Shown piece after piece: positions 7,939 to 17,583 of a stretch of 25,979 bases of DNA. A program made the position numbers and the translations under genes. The notes beneath the pieces are model-generated. The model saw only the letters and a program-made list of their open reading frames with translations. It was not told the DNA's origin and did not search any database. This DNA is from a virus (Duplodnaviria > Caudoviricetes), in IMG/VR virus record IMGVR_UViG_3300027751_000058, positions 1-25,979 of that record. The stretch is one strand, 5' to 3'. Numbering within the stretch: the first letter of the stretch is position 1; each line of letters opens with the position of its first letter.

Positions 7939-9837
7939 TTACCAGCTATTTGTTATTATGTTAACCCACGCGTATGTAGATGTACCTGTTTGCATGCACA
8001 TATCTACGTAGCTATTATTTCCTGATGTTCTATACCTTAACCCTCCGACATACGCGCCGGTTGGGGTCACGTTTAGGTCTTTTACAATAACAGCTCCGTT
8101 TACCTTGAGATTAGCGTTAGTTTCTAGGGTGTTATAGTTGCTACTAATTTTACCCCCATATGTTCCAATCTCTAATGCGGCAGCAGAACCGCTACCTACA
8201 ACTCGAACCGCTCCGGCATTGTCAATAGTTAGTCTATCACTGGAGTTTGTTTTTACAGTTAGAATGCTATTATAATCGTTCCATTGTATTCCAGCTTTTG
8301 CAGTTGCAGCGGTAGAACCATCTCCAAGAGCTATCAGAGAGTTTCCATAAACTCCTGTTTTCAACCATAGATTTGATTGCCCACCATAACCACCTGATGG
8401 GTATGAGGTAACCCTAGTTTCAGCCAGGGTTGTGTCGCTTATTTCAAGATTAGAGCTTGGGCTAGGCGTTCCAATCCCAACATTACCTGTTGAGGTTTGG
8501 ATTGTAAAAACATCTGAACCATTAAGATTTACAAACATTCCGCCGGAACTAGCATCACCAATTAGCCTTATTCTAGCCTGCGTATAAGGGGATGATTGTT
8601 TGTAATGACTCCATTCGGATCCAACAAACCCGGGATTTTGATGCCACGATAGGTTGCCCATTGGTGGACTTGACGAGCCATTCCAAGTTGCGAGGATGCT
8701 ATTTGTTGAAGGATATCCTGAAGTGCTATTTAGTTTTATAGATCCATCTTGAACTTCAAGTTTAGTAGTTGGGTTAGTCGTTCCAATACCGACGTTACCA
8801 TTTGAAAAATAAGAATCATTAGAACCGGCTACTTGCAAAACACCGTCTGTTTTTAAAGTGGCTCCGCCTGTAACATTTGATGAAAAATCAGCCTGACCAT
8901 ATTTTAATTTTAAATAAGTACTCTGGCCTGAACCAATTGAGTAATACTGAAGTTGCATCGCTTCCTCCGCAGGATTAGAAATATATTCTAATGCAGCGCC
9001 TTTCGCAGACCCAAAAAACTCTATTTTAGGGTTATAGTAGTCGCTGGCTACATCGTCTTCTAATTTTATTGTTGGTGAATTGCCTGATAAATGCAAAAGA
9101 GTATCAGGGTTTTCTTCTCCGATCCCGACGTTGCCGTTAAAGTAACTATCACCAGTTATAGATACAGCGTTCCCTGATCCGCTAGTTTTATTTACAATTA
9201 AACCCTCGTCATTGCCACCTTTTTCTATATTTAAAGCTACTCCGCTCCCTGAGGTATGAAATAGATCGAAGGTATTAGCGCTCCCGTTAGTAGATAAAGT
9301 AACAGTTGACCCGTTATCAGTCATCAGCGCGTCAGCAAGACCTCCCGTAGTGTTACTCCACTTAGTCATGTTATTAGTAGTACCAGTGCCTGAAACATTA
9401 CCAGAAGATGGCGTAATCCAAGATGTACCTGTAACCGTAGATGACAACACTTGACCACTTGTACCTGGTGAGTTGCCTGTATCCCTAAAAGCACCTACAA
9501 CTCTAGCATCACCGCTAACATCTAGCCGCCCAGTAATACTTATACCAGTATTTCCTGTTTGTAGCTTTTTATCACCGTTAAAGTTTAAGGTAACATAGCC
9601 ACCCATTGTCCCTGCAATAGCATGATTTTGGCTAGAAGTGTTGCTCATTAGCTCAAAAACGCCATCTTGAGCGTCGATATTCATCGCTTGAAACGAGCCT
9701 ACTTCAATCTCACCTGTATCAAAGCCAGACGTATCGAAGACTAGTTTTGAAAAAGTGGAAGCGGTTCCAAGGGTTAGGTCTCCATTAAATAGACCTTCCC
9801 CTTGTACCTCTATGTCTGTTAAAAGCTTATGAGCCAT
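7939..9837 (-). CDS. Tail fibre protein, 632 aa
   Basis: Three GNVGIG-xx-P repeats; Gly/Ser/Thr-rich; GTSGQVLSST motif. Confidence 0.8.
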   Translation of the reverse strand: MAHKLLTDIEVQGEGLFNGDLTLGTASTFSKLVFDTSGFDTGEIEVGSFQAMNIDAQDGVFELMSNTSSQNHAIAGTMGGYVTLNFNGDKKLQTGNTGISITGRLDVSGDARVVGAFRDTGNSPGTSGQVLSSTVTGTSWITPSSGNVSGTGTTNNMTKWSNTTGGLADALMTDNGSTVTLSTNGSANTFDLFHTSGSGVALNIEKGGNDEGLIVNKTSGSGNAVSITGDSYFNGNVGIGEENPDTLLHLSGNSPTIKLEDDVASDYYNPKIEFFGSAKGAALEYISNPAEEAMQLQYYSIGSGQSTYLKLKYGQADFSSNVTGGATLKTDGVLQVAGSNDSYFSNGNVGIGTTNPTTKLEVQDGSIKLNSTSGYPSTNSILATWNGSSSPPMGNLSWHQNPGFVGSEWSHYKQSSPYTQARIRLIGDASSGGMFVNLNGSDVFTIQTSTGNVGIGTPSPSSNLEISDTTLAETRVTSYPSGGYGGQSNLWLKTGVYGNSLIALGDGSTAATAKAGIQWNDYNSILTVKTNSSDRLTIDNAGAVRVVGSGSAAALEIGTYGGKISSNYNTLETNANLKVNGAVIVKDLNVTPTGAYVGGLRYRTSGNNSYVDMCMQTGTSTYAWVNIITNSW

Positions 9838-9862
9838 GTATTAAATTTTATTATATTTTAAC

Positions 9863-11494
9863 TTATGCGTTCATATCGTTAATCAATACTCTTATCGAGT
9901 TAGTCGCTGGAGCAGTGTTAAACGTTATGTCAACCACACCGCCAGAGCCTCTATCCACGTCAGCTATAACTGTTTTTCCCGTAGAAGCGTCAATTAGCTG
10001 CACCATAAAAGCAATGGAAGAAGTTCCAAGGCCATGATTTTTATTTGCTCCTGTTGCACCTGAGTTTTGTAATGTTATAGTAGTAGCCGATCCGTTACCT
10101 ATAAGTGTATTGAATCTACCTGCTCTCAAAACCTCGGATAACTCTATATGTCTGTTTGCGCTCGCTACATCTCCATCATATACAGGAATCATTACACTAG
10201 CTGTGTCTAAGCCTGCAATACTTGTGTAAGTTAAGCTTTGGATGTCAAGACCAACCTCTACTGATCCAGTAGCTGCACTTAAATTAATTCCAAGTAGATC
10301 ACCTGTTGTGGATGCCGATATAGATACAACTCCTTCATCAGACTGTACAATTGACCAATCAGCTGCGTTTGAAGAGTCAGCAGCCGCAGCATCTACAGCT
10401 ATAATTGAATCTCCAATATCTAAGGTGCTTCCAGAACAGTAAAAAGAACCTCCAGCTGTAGCAACCAAGTAGTAATCACCAGTAGCAACTGCAACTCTAG
10501 TTCCAGCACCTCCTGGGCAATTATATAAGAAAGAACCTGAATTGCTTCCTGAAAGTATAGCTCCTGTATCAGCTCTAAAAGTACCTTTGAATGTTAAGCC
10601 GCCTGAAACTAGACCATCAACATAAGCTTTAGTAGCAGCGTCTTGTGCATTAGTTGGATCAGCTACATCCGTGATGAGTTGGTCGTTCATATCAAGAGTT
10701 CCCTCAATAGAAGCCGCGCCTCCGATGGTTACATCGTCACTAAATGTTCTAGACCCATCAATAGTACCACTTAAATCTATTGTTATTGTGCTAGTCCCTG
10801 TATTTTCTGCAATGTCAATAGCGTTTGTAGTTCCAGATATGATTACACTGTCGGCACCCGCGTTAGAATCTGTTAGCACTACTGTCGCGCTGTTGGCGCC
10901 ACCTGCTCCAACCGATAGGTCGTAAGTTGTGTCGTCGTTATTATCTGACCACGGTACGTTAACCACAAGGTGATCAGTATCATCAGTCTCAACTTGATAC
11001 AGTCTGTTTGTAGTAGTAGTTATACTTTGAGGTGCTTGTGTTGCTTGGCTATCTGCTACATTTACTGAGAACGCAGTACCTGTCAACGTTAGTCCAACGT
11101 CAGCTGAATACGTAGTGTCATCATTCGGGAATGTGAAGGTAACCAAATATGGATCAGCAGTTGACCCGCTTCCTGTTAACGCGGTTCCAGCTGTTCCAGG
11201 GGTTGAGTTAGCAGCAAACTTAACAACCTGATCAGTTGTTACATCATCTGTTTGACTTCCGTCAGTGATTTGCCATTGACTGTAGTTCGTGTCTGCCCCT
11301 ACGGAAATCCAAACGGATCCGTTATATACCCTTAGTTCGTCGTTAGCGGTATTCCAATAGGTTTGACCAATTGAAGGCGCTGGTGCTGATGGGTTATTCG
11401 CTAATGGGTGTATAGAAGCGAATTGTAATTCGTTTGTGTTAAGATTAATGTTTCCATCTACATCTAATCCAACTAGGTATTTAATATCTGCCAT
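9863..11494 (-). CDS. Tail fibre/appendage structural protein, 543 aa
   Basis: Fibre motif VADPTNAQDAATKAYVD; acidic Ala/Gly/Thr-rich; C-terminal NHGLG...ITF domain. Confidence 0.75.
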   Translation of the reverse strand: MADIKYLVGLDVDGNINLNTNELQFASIHPLANNPSAPAPSIGQTYWNTANDELRVYNGSVWISVGADTNYSQWQITDGSQTDDVTTDQVVKFAANSTPGTAGTALTGSGSTADPYLVTFTFPNDDTTYSADVGLTLTGTAFSVNVADSQATQAPQSITTTTNRLYQVETDDTDHLVVNVPWSDNNDDTTYDLSVGAGGANSATVVLTDSNAGADSVIISGTTNAIDIAENTGTSTITIDLSGTIDGSRTFSDDVTIGGAASIEGTLDMNDQLITDVADPTNAQDAATKAYVDGLVSGGLTFKGTFRADTGAILSGSNSGSFLYNCPGGAGTRVAVATGDYYLVATAGGSFYCSGSTLDIGDSIIAVDAAAADSSNAADWSIVQSDEGVVSISASTTGDLLGINLSAATGSVEVGLDIQSLTYTSIAGLDTASVMIPVYDGDVASANRHIELSEVLRAGRFNTLIGNGSATTITLQNSGATGANKNHGLGTSSIAFMVQLIDASTGKTVIADVDRGSGGVVDITFNTAPATNSIRVLINDMNA

Positions 11495-11499
11495 GGTTG

Positions 11500-12210
11500 T
11501 TAGTTTAAGTAAGCTTTGCCGGAAAATGCGGCGTTAAAAGTTATTGTTAAGTTATTATTATCTATATATGTTACTTTGCCGACTACCTCTTCATCTGAAA
11601 AAGGAGCCGAAACCGTAACCGAAGGTTTTTTGTCTAAATCGTGTTTTATTTCCCAAAATGCGCTTGCATTTGACTGAGGGTGTTCAAAGAACTTATCCCC
11701 ACCTTTTGCGTATTCACTTATTATATAATGTTTTTCAGCATTTATATTACCATTGCTTTCTCGTACGAAAAAAGAAAACTTAAAAAATCCAGTTTCAAAG
11801 TCCTCCTCAATGCCAACAAGCTTGCATGTAACAAAGTTGTTTATGTTACCCATCTCAGCTAAGATAATATCTCTATTTAAAAATGTTTTTATATAATCTG
11901 AAATGAGTATATTCCCGCTGTTCTTATAGCTAACTATTATATCCGAAACATTAGACATAGGCGTTCCATCACCACCACCAGCCTCAAAGCTAATAGTACC
12001 AATTTCTCGCCCTTCTATTATGTCTTCTTGAAATTTGAATATAACTTGATCAGCTACAGCAACTAGGTTACGCTCATTAAACAGAGCCATTATTTCCCGC
12101 AAGGAATAATTTTTCGTTTTCTGAGCTTCCCCGATTCCGTTGTCTGTACCTATAACCTTATCACTAATCTCAGGCTTTGCATCTAGTGCATAGGTGCTTA
12201 TTCTTGCCAT
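11500..12210 (-). CDS. Structural protein (putative fibre adaptor), 236 aa
   Basis: N-terminus resembles that of 12214..15768; C-terminal W.IKHDL.K.PSVTV...LTITF domain resembles the C-terminus of 9863..11494. Confidence 0.7.
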   Translation of the reverse strand: MARISTYALDAKPEISDKVIGTDNGIGEAQKTKNYSLREIMALFNERNLVAVADQVIFKFQEDIIEGREIGTISFEAGGGDGTPMSNVSDIIVSYKNSGNILISDYIKTFLNRDIILAEMGNINNFVTCKLVGIEEDFETGFFKFSFFVRESNGNINAEKHYIISEYAKGGDKFFEHPQSNASAFWEIKHDLDKKPSVTVSAPFSDEEVVGKVTYIDNNNLTITFNAAFSGKAYLN

Positions 12211-12213
12211 ATA

Positions 12214-15200
12214 TTAAAATGTGCCTACTGTTGCGTTTGAACCAGGAGTTGCATATACATCTAGTTCGACGTATTGACCATCCCCAGCTCTGAAACTGTT
12301 CACTCCACTTTTAACTTCTATTTGGTTTGTTCCTGCTGCATTTTCTGTAAATATTCTCATTTGGCACGCATCTCCGTGTACATGCGCTTGATATATTAAA
12401 CCAGCTGCGTCTCCACAGGCATTACCCGCTGGGCTTTCAAAACCAAGACCAACAACCATAAAGTTTATTTTACCGCTTGTTATGGTAGATGCTATGGTTG
12501 CAGCCGTAGCGGTGTCCATTCTGTATATACCAGCTGTTGAGTTGTCTGTTATGTCATAATTAGCGAGTTGACCTGCAGGAATATAGGAATAATTATTTTG
12601 CCCTGAACCTGATTGACCAGGTAAATTAGCGAGATTGTTTGCTTTGTCCCATATTGCCCCAGCGTTAGTTTCATCTATATTGCTAGGCGCAATGTGCCAT
12701 CCTAGATTAGCGCTTCTATCCCACCAGGTGGAGGTAGGGGTGGTACATTGGCCAGTAACTGGTGCCGGCGTTGATATGTACGCGAACGGCGGAGACCATG
12801 ACCTAGAAGAAAAGAATTGATTTGCACGTGTTCCTTGATGTAGATAAGGCAAGCCGCCGGCGTTCGCAACGTCGTATCTTCTTAATAAAAAAGAGTGATA
12901 TACGAGGGCAGTGTCGTAACCCCAAGCTATTAGCGCAAAACCACCATCGTTGCAATCGTGATTTGATGGTGTTATAGTTGGCGATACACCAGTAATATTG
13001 CCAGTTGCAAGAGGAGCCCTTAATATATCTTCCACCTCTAGTGTCCATATAAGACTACCAGTTCCTGTCTTTGAAAAAGCTGTATTTAGAGTAGCCGCAT
13101 CAAACTCTATAGTTAGGCCAGGGTCTATATTATTAGTTGTAGTAGTTAATGGACCGTTATCTAATTCTAAAGTATAATAGAACTCTAAAGGATTAGTAGA
13201 CCCAGCAGTTATTTTTCTTATTGTATAAGTAGCTGAAGGATATAGCGCTGTTAAGGTTCCACCGCTAGGCAATACACTAATAGCTATAGCTGTCGCTGAG
13301 ATTGTGTGACCATTATAAGTATCTGTGCTTAAGTTTTCAAATTTCTTACCGTCCCATATATTATCGTATGTAACACCGGGATATATCCAGTCACCTCCGG
13401 TCGTATTAGTTGCGGACCCAGAATAATCTAATAATATTTCTGTTTTTGTTAAAGTATCAAAAGCAGCTCCGACTTCTAATATATAAGGAGTACCAACATT
13501 TCCGCCGGCATCTTCTATTTCTAACTTGATCCTCGTTAAGCCGGAAGCAACATTTGAAGACTTTAATGTAAACCTATAATCTACTGCTACGCCGCTTACG
13601 TCGTCTTTGGTAAAAGTCCAATTAGCCGGTAAATTTGCAACCCAAGAACCTCCTACATCATGGAAGGTAGTGATGGTTACATCAGCAGCCGCATGATCTG
13701 GATCGCAATAATGACCTAGCCAAGTATATGGATCGCCTGCTATTCCTTGAAATAAAGGAGCAGCATCATCTGCGCCACAGTTATTACCTAATCCATTAGA
13801 TATTTTAAATGCAGGGAATTCTACAACTTCATTTATTGTAAAGCTTACGCTTCCAATCGCTGAATAACACCCTCCATCAAACACTTGCCACGTGAAAGTA
13901 TCGCCACCAAAATAATTAGCGTTAGGCGTATAAGTATAGTCACCTGTAGCAGTGTTTAAAGAAACGGATCCGTTATCTGGCTGACTCACTATACTCCAAA
14001 CTAAAGCTAATGGGCCGTCCCCGTCAGTCGCAGGCAATCCCCCTGAAAACGTTTGATCTTCATTTATTGTTTGCGAAACATTCGGGTTTAATATAACTGG
14101 ACAATCGTTTAAAGCTTGAATTTCACAACAAGCGTCCCAGAATATAGTAGTGCTGCTACCTTCTTCTCTGACAATGTAGTGAAACTTAACAACTGTACCT
14201 GTAACCCACTTACCCGCATTTTGATTGTTGGGTATGTATGTTCTTGTTCCGCTCCCAGACCATGTGGTTCTTACTTTATTTATATTACCACTATTTACCG
14301 ATGTAAAATCTAAGAAGTCTGCTGGAATGTCCGCAGAGTTTGCTACAAACACAAAATAACCTTCTTCTCCTGTTGTTAAGTTAGAAGGCCGTATTTCTCT
14401 TTTTGCTGGAGGTATAACACCAAAGGGAATTTCCATGTATCCATTATACTTGTCTACAATCCAGTTTGTGTTGCCACCAATATAATCAACCGTGTCCCAC
14501 CCTAATTCAGGCGAGATCGTAAGCGCGCTTCTGTATTTTACGATGCTTGTATTCGCATCTATTACCAACACTTTGTCTTGTGTGTCGTCTTGAGTGGTGC
14601 CGTCTAGCTTAACTGTACTAGAAGCACTACCAATAGCAATTTGGTTAACCGCATCGGCATTTGCTTTTCTTCCAATAGCAACACTACCTGTTCCTTTAGA
14701 CACCGCACCGAACCCTAAAGCGATAGCTCCTAACTCATTGCCTCTGTCTGGGATAGCTTCCTCTATAGCTACTGATGCGTCCGCATTAACAGTTATTGAT
14801 TGAGCTATTGTTATCGTATAGTCTTGTGCTCCAAGCCCTGGTGTTGCTGTAAGTATTTCGTGTTTTATAGAAGTATCTGCTTCTACATTCGCTACAATAA
14901 AGTCTCCTGCATTAATTGAACCACTTACAAGCTCTAACTCAAGAGTTGTACCTGTAGCATCAGCTGTCCAGAAACCAAAACCGTAGTTTCCAGCGCCCGC
15001 GTCGTAACCAGCAGCTAATGAACCGTGTCCACCCGCGATACTACGATGCCCAGAAGCAAAAGAGTCATTACCCAATGCTGATGTCCTAAAGTTAAATGCT
15101 GCAGAGCCCTCGCCACCGGCGAAATTTTTATTACCAAGTGCGATATCCGTAATATTAGCCACTTTTGAGCCTTCACTTGCTAAACCACCTTTAAAATATA

Positions 15201-15768
15201 CCTCTGTAGCTGGCGTAGCGTTGTCGCCAATCTGATAAACTAGAGAATCTCCTAACGTTCCACCATCTGGCGTCCATAATGGTAAGTAATATGTAGTACC
15301 TTGTCCTAATATATAACCATTCCCGCATTCTGGTCCCCATTGTACGTAACCATCCGCATCTGACATTAATATTTGGTTCGCAACACCTAGATTATCGTTT
15401 TTATCCGACATTTTACCTCTCACCCTAAGAGTAGAAGGCACAATAGTTGTGTTATTTACGGTAGTACCAAGCACTGTATTGCCTACAACGCTGAAATTAC
15501 CATCTACCGTGATGATTGTACCAGGAACACCATTAGAAGGCGAGCTATCTTGGTGCATTATCGAGTCTGTTATCCTAGTTCCGTTGCTATTAAACACCGG
15601 AATATGGAAATCAGTAGCATCTGGATTAACAAATACGTCAATAACGTACTCTGCAATACCCAAAAGAGTGAAATTCTTTGTTATGTTATAATCGTTACCG
15701 TCTGATCCTATCAGCCTGTCTAAGTCCGATATATTAGGATCGTCTTCGTAAGTTATTATTCTTGCCAT
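12214..15768 (-). CDS. Large tail fibre/adhesin with YadA-head-like repeats and an Ig/cadherin-like domain, 1184 aa
   Basis: AIALGFGA...SVAIGRKA...QIAIG repeats; NEDQ...DGDG...NGSVSL...YTYTPNANYFGGDTFTW is a tandem-95/Big_9-like signature. Confidence 0.8.
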   Translation of the reverse strand: MARIITYEDDPNISDLDRLIGSDGNDYNITKNFTLLGIAEYVIDVFVNPDATDFHIPVFNSNGTRITDSIMHQDSSPSNGVPGTIITVDGNFSVVGNTVLGTTVNNTTIVPSTLRVRGKMSDKNDNLGVANQILMSDADGYVQWGPECGNGYILGQGTTYYLPLWTPDGGTLGDSLVYQIGDNATPATEVYFKGGLASEGSKVANITDIALGNKNFAGGEGSAAFNFRTSALGNDSFASGHRSIAGGHGSLAAGYDAGAGNYGFGFWTADATGTTLELELVSGSINAGDFIVANVEADTSIKHEILTATPGLGAQDYTITIAQSITVNADASVAIEEAIPDRGNELGAIALGFGAVSKGTGSVAIGRKANADAVNQIAIGSASSTVKLDGTTQDDTQDKVLVIDANTSIVKYRSALTISPELGWDTVDYIGGNTNWIVDKYNGYMEIPFGVIPPAKREIRPSNLTTGEEGYFVFVANSADIPADFLDFTSVNSGNINKVRTTWSGSGTRTYIPNNQNAGKWVTGTVVKFHYIVREEGSSTTIFWDACCEIQALNDCPVILNPNVSQTINEDQTFSGGLPATDGDGPLALVWSIVSQPDNGSVSLNTATGDYTYTPNANYFGGDTFTWQVFDGGCYSAIGSVSFTINEVVEFPAFKISNGLGNNCGADDAAPLFQGIAGDPYTWLGHYCDPDHAAADVTITTFHDVGGSWVANLPANWTFTKDDVSGVAVDYRFTLKSSNVASGLTRIKLEIEDAGGNVGTPYILEVGAAFDTLTKTEILLDYSGSATNTTGGDWIYPGVTYDNIWDGKKFENLSTDTYNGHTISATAIAISVLPSGGTLTALYPSATYTIRKITAGSTNPLEFYYTLELDNGPLTTTTNNIDPGLTIEFDAATLNTAFSKTGTGSLIWTLEVEDILRAPLATGNITGVSPTITPSNHDCNDGGFALIAWGYDTALVYHSFLLRRYDVANAGGLPYLHQGTRANQFFSSRSWSPPFAYISTPAPVTGQCTTPTSTWWDRSANLGWHIAPSNIDETNAGAIWDKANNLANLPGQSGSGQNNYSYIPAGQLANYDITDNSTAGIYRMDTATAATIASTITSGKINFMVVGLGFESPAGNACGDAAGLIYQAHVHGDACQMRIFTENAAGTNQIEVKSGVNSFRAGDGQYVELDVYATPGSNATVGTF

Positions 15769-15792
15769 TTGGTTAGTTTTTTGTTGCGTTAG

Positions 15793-16035
15793 CTATATTC
15801 TGTAGTTTTTACCTGATTCTTTCTTTGTTCCTTCACCATCATTGCCTCGGTTTTGACTAGGTGCTTCCCAGCGTTTATCCTTGTGATCCCAATCCTTGCC
15901 TTTTGCTCCAGACGGGTCAGCTCTACGCTGTCTTTGTGAATGTGCTTTTTTCTTTCTCCTCGCCGGGGTCATCGCATATGCCTTGTCCCTAGCTGCTTTA
16001 GCTCTTCGGGCTGTAGGAGATAAATTTTGTGCCAT
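15793..16035 (-). CDS. Small basic protein with a minimal HNH-like motif
   Basis: GKDWDHKD...SQNRG; first gene of the late arm. Confidence 0.55.
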   Translation of the reverse strand: MAQNLSPTARRAKAARDKAYAMTPARRKKKAHSQRQRRADPSGAKGKDWDHKDKRWEAPSQNRGNDGEGTKKESGKNYRI

Positions 16036-16051
16036 ACTTTGTATGATTACG
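16034..16051 (-). promoter_or_regulatory. Putative late promoter (CGTAAT-N5-AAAGTAT)
   Basis: Immediately upstream of the first late gene; matches 7135-7151. Confidence 0.4.
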
Positions 16052-16072
16052 CTGTTTTCTGGTTTATTAAAA

Positions 16073-16116
16073 GTGACGTTAGCCTCTTACTATTATATAT
16101 AACTACCTAATGTCAT
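16073..16116. promoter_or_regulatory. Dyad site A: TGACGTTAG-N24(AT-rich)-CTAATGTCA
   Basis: Imperfect inverted repeat; a related copy lies at 17712-17758. Confidence 0.55.
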
Positions 16117-16334
16117 AAAAAAATATTGTAAAAAATTTTTTGTTAGATATATAGAGGTTGGATGTAACGTTACCAGATACACAGCACACCCCTGATTCAC
16201 AAACTCGTTTCTTTTAGCCAGCCCCCATACGTTTCCACGTTTTACGATCGAGGATACGAGATCACGCGTATAGCATTATTACTACACCAGGACACAGCTG
16301 CTGGATCCCGTGCAAACATTCAGGCTTTTATGCT

Positions 16335-16431
16335 GGACCAGGACCAGAGCCGCAGCACAGGACCAGGATCATGACCAGACCAGGACCAGGATCATGACTG
16401 ACTGGCGCGACAGACCAGACATCAGGACCAG
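16335..16431 (+). repeat. GACCAG repeat cluster (8 copies) including two exact 18-mers CAGGACCAGGATCATGAC
   Basis: GACCAG starts at 16336, 16342, 16361, 16373, 16378, 16384, 16413 and 16426; the 18-mers are at 16358-16375 and 16381-16398. Confidence 0.85.
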
Positions 16432-16448
16432 TACAGATGCACAGTACT

Positions 16449-16482
16449 TACATACCTACTACGATACGTACACGATAATATA
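16449..16482 (+). promoter_or_regulatory. Conserved 34-bp motif copy 1 (putative early promoter)
   Basis: TACATACCTACTACGATACGTACACGATAATATA. Confidence 0.75.
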
Positions 16483-16506
16483 TATGTAACAAATAATAAC
16501 AATAAT

Positions 16507-16662
16507 ATGAAATACAAATTCAACCATCAAGTAATCTTAAAGTATGCTGGTCAAGCACTCGTAGCTGGCATCACAACCTTCATAGTGGTAGCATGTGTCA
16601 TGCTGTTCGTAGACGTGATCCAGAACGGCGCGCCGAACATCCCATGCGATATCTGCTACTAA
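16507..16662 (+). CDS. Small membrane protein, 51 aa, C-terminal CxxC
   Basis: Not in the track. MKYKFNHQVILKYAGQALVAGITTFIVVACVMLFVDVIQNGAPNIPCDICY, directly after motif copy 1. Confidence 0.7.
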   Translation: MKYKFNHQVILKYAGQALVAGITTFIVVACVMLFVDVIQNGAPNIPCDICY

Positions 16663-16687
16663 TCATTAACCTTTAAACCTTTTAACT

Positions 16688-16807
16688 ATGTCAACACAAT
16701 CTTATGACCTCTTAAAAATATCATGGAATCTGTTCAATGAAAACTACTGGAAGCTGACTGATCAACAGAAAGCTAAAGTCTGGGACATCTATTACGATTT
16801 CTATTAG
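16688..16807 (+). CDS. Small aromatic-rich protein, 39 aa
   Basis: MSTQSYDLLKISWNLFNENYWKLTDQQKAKVWDIYYDFY; AACTATG start context shared with other early genes. Confidence 0.65.
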   Translation: MSTQSYDLLKISWNLFNENYWKLTDQQKAKVWDIYYDFY

Positions 16808-16920
16808 CAGTCTGGTTCTGCATTGCATTTAGACTGCGTGAGCTTTACTCGTAAGTCGGAACCATACAGCTTCATGGCCTGATCCTGTGATACGATCGGA
16901 AGAGTAGACTCCGTCATACC
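16807..16920 (+). ncRNA. Candidate structured intergenic RNA/hairpin series
   Basis: GCAGTCTGG(16807-15) pairs with TTAGACTGC(16829-37); TGGTTCTG(16813-20) can pair with CGGAACCA(16857-64); further small hairpins follow. Confidence 0.3.
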
Positions 16921-16951
16921 GCGTATAGCATGTATAGCACTCAGTATACTC

Positions 16952-16985
16952 TACAAACTTAATACGATCAATAAACGATAATATA
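16952..16985 (+). promoter_or_regulatory. Conserved 34-bp motif copy 2
   Basis: TACAAACTTAATACGATCAATAAACGATAATATA. Confidence 0.8.
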
Positions 16986-17012
16986 AGTGTAACAAACAAA
17001 AACAAATATCAA

Positions 17013-17180
17013 ATGCCAAATACAATCTTTAAAAACAAAACTTTCTTTCAAATCTATTATTGCTCTAATCACAAAATGTATGATTTTACAATATTCAATT
17101 CAAACACAAAAGAAGTTATCTATCATTACCACTTTTCAAATCTAAATGATATAAACAAATTAATACAACAATATAAATAA
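17013..17180 (+). CDS. Small hypothetical protein, 55 aa
   Basis: MPNTIFKNKTFFQIYYCSNHKMYDFTIFNSNTKEVIYHYHFSNLNDINKLIQQYK exactly fills the space between motif copies 2 and 3. Confidence 0.7.
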   Translation: MPNTIFKNKTFFQIYYCSNHKMYDFTIFNSNTKEVIYHYHFSNLNDINKLIQQYK

Positions 17181-17185
17181 AAACT

Positions 17186-17219
17186 TACAAACTCTATACG
17201 ACTAGTATTCGATAATATA
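17186..17219 (+). promoter_or_regulatory. Conserved 34-bp motif copy 3
   Basis: TACAAACTCTATACGACTAGTATTCGATAATATA. Confidence 0.8.
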
Positions 17220-17258
17220 AATGTAACAAACAAATAATAATAATTAAATAAATATCTT

Positions 17259-17573
17259 ATGAACAATTCTAAATTACAACAATCAATTTCAAAACTATCT
17301 ACGTCTGAACTATCTGAAATCTTTCCACCAATTGAAAGAAAGAACTTTGTAGTCCGTAAAAGTTGGATGGGTAGAAATCAAATCATTACCTTTACAAATA
17401 ACAAAAATCAAAAGATTACTTACAATCATGATGAAGTACTTAAAGTAATGTTACCTAAACTAAACATCATGCCTTGTTGGATCAAAAGAGGTTATTGGTC
17501 TCAATCTACCGATATGCCTTCAACTGTTAGAAATACAGTAATTGAAAGAATAGACTTAGAGGAAGTAAAGTAA
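17259..17573 (+). CDS. Hypothetical early protein, 104 aa
   Basis: ORF after motif copy 3; a GACTTAGA/TCTAAGTC hairpin (17553-17581) spans its stop codon. Confidence 0.8.
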   Translation: MNNSKLQQSISKLSTSELSEIFPPIERKNFVVRKSWMGRNQIITFTNNKNQKITYNHDEVLKVMLPKLNIMPCWIKRGYWSQSTDMPSTVRNTVIERIDLEEVK

Positions 17574-17583
17574 TCTAAGTCCA

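Noticed and set aside
7939-15768. Diversity-generating retroelement or invertible tail-fibre cassette
   Set aside because: No reverse transcriptase or invertase, and no near-identical template/variable repeat pair was seen.
224-16102. Plus-strand ORFs in the track within the left arm (e.g. 224..445, 5083..5547, 6277..6777, 15896..16102) and nested minus-strand ORFs 6230..6430 and 12803..13048
   Set aside because: Antisense or out-of-frame shadows of well-supported, tightly tiled minus-strand genes.
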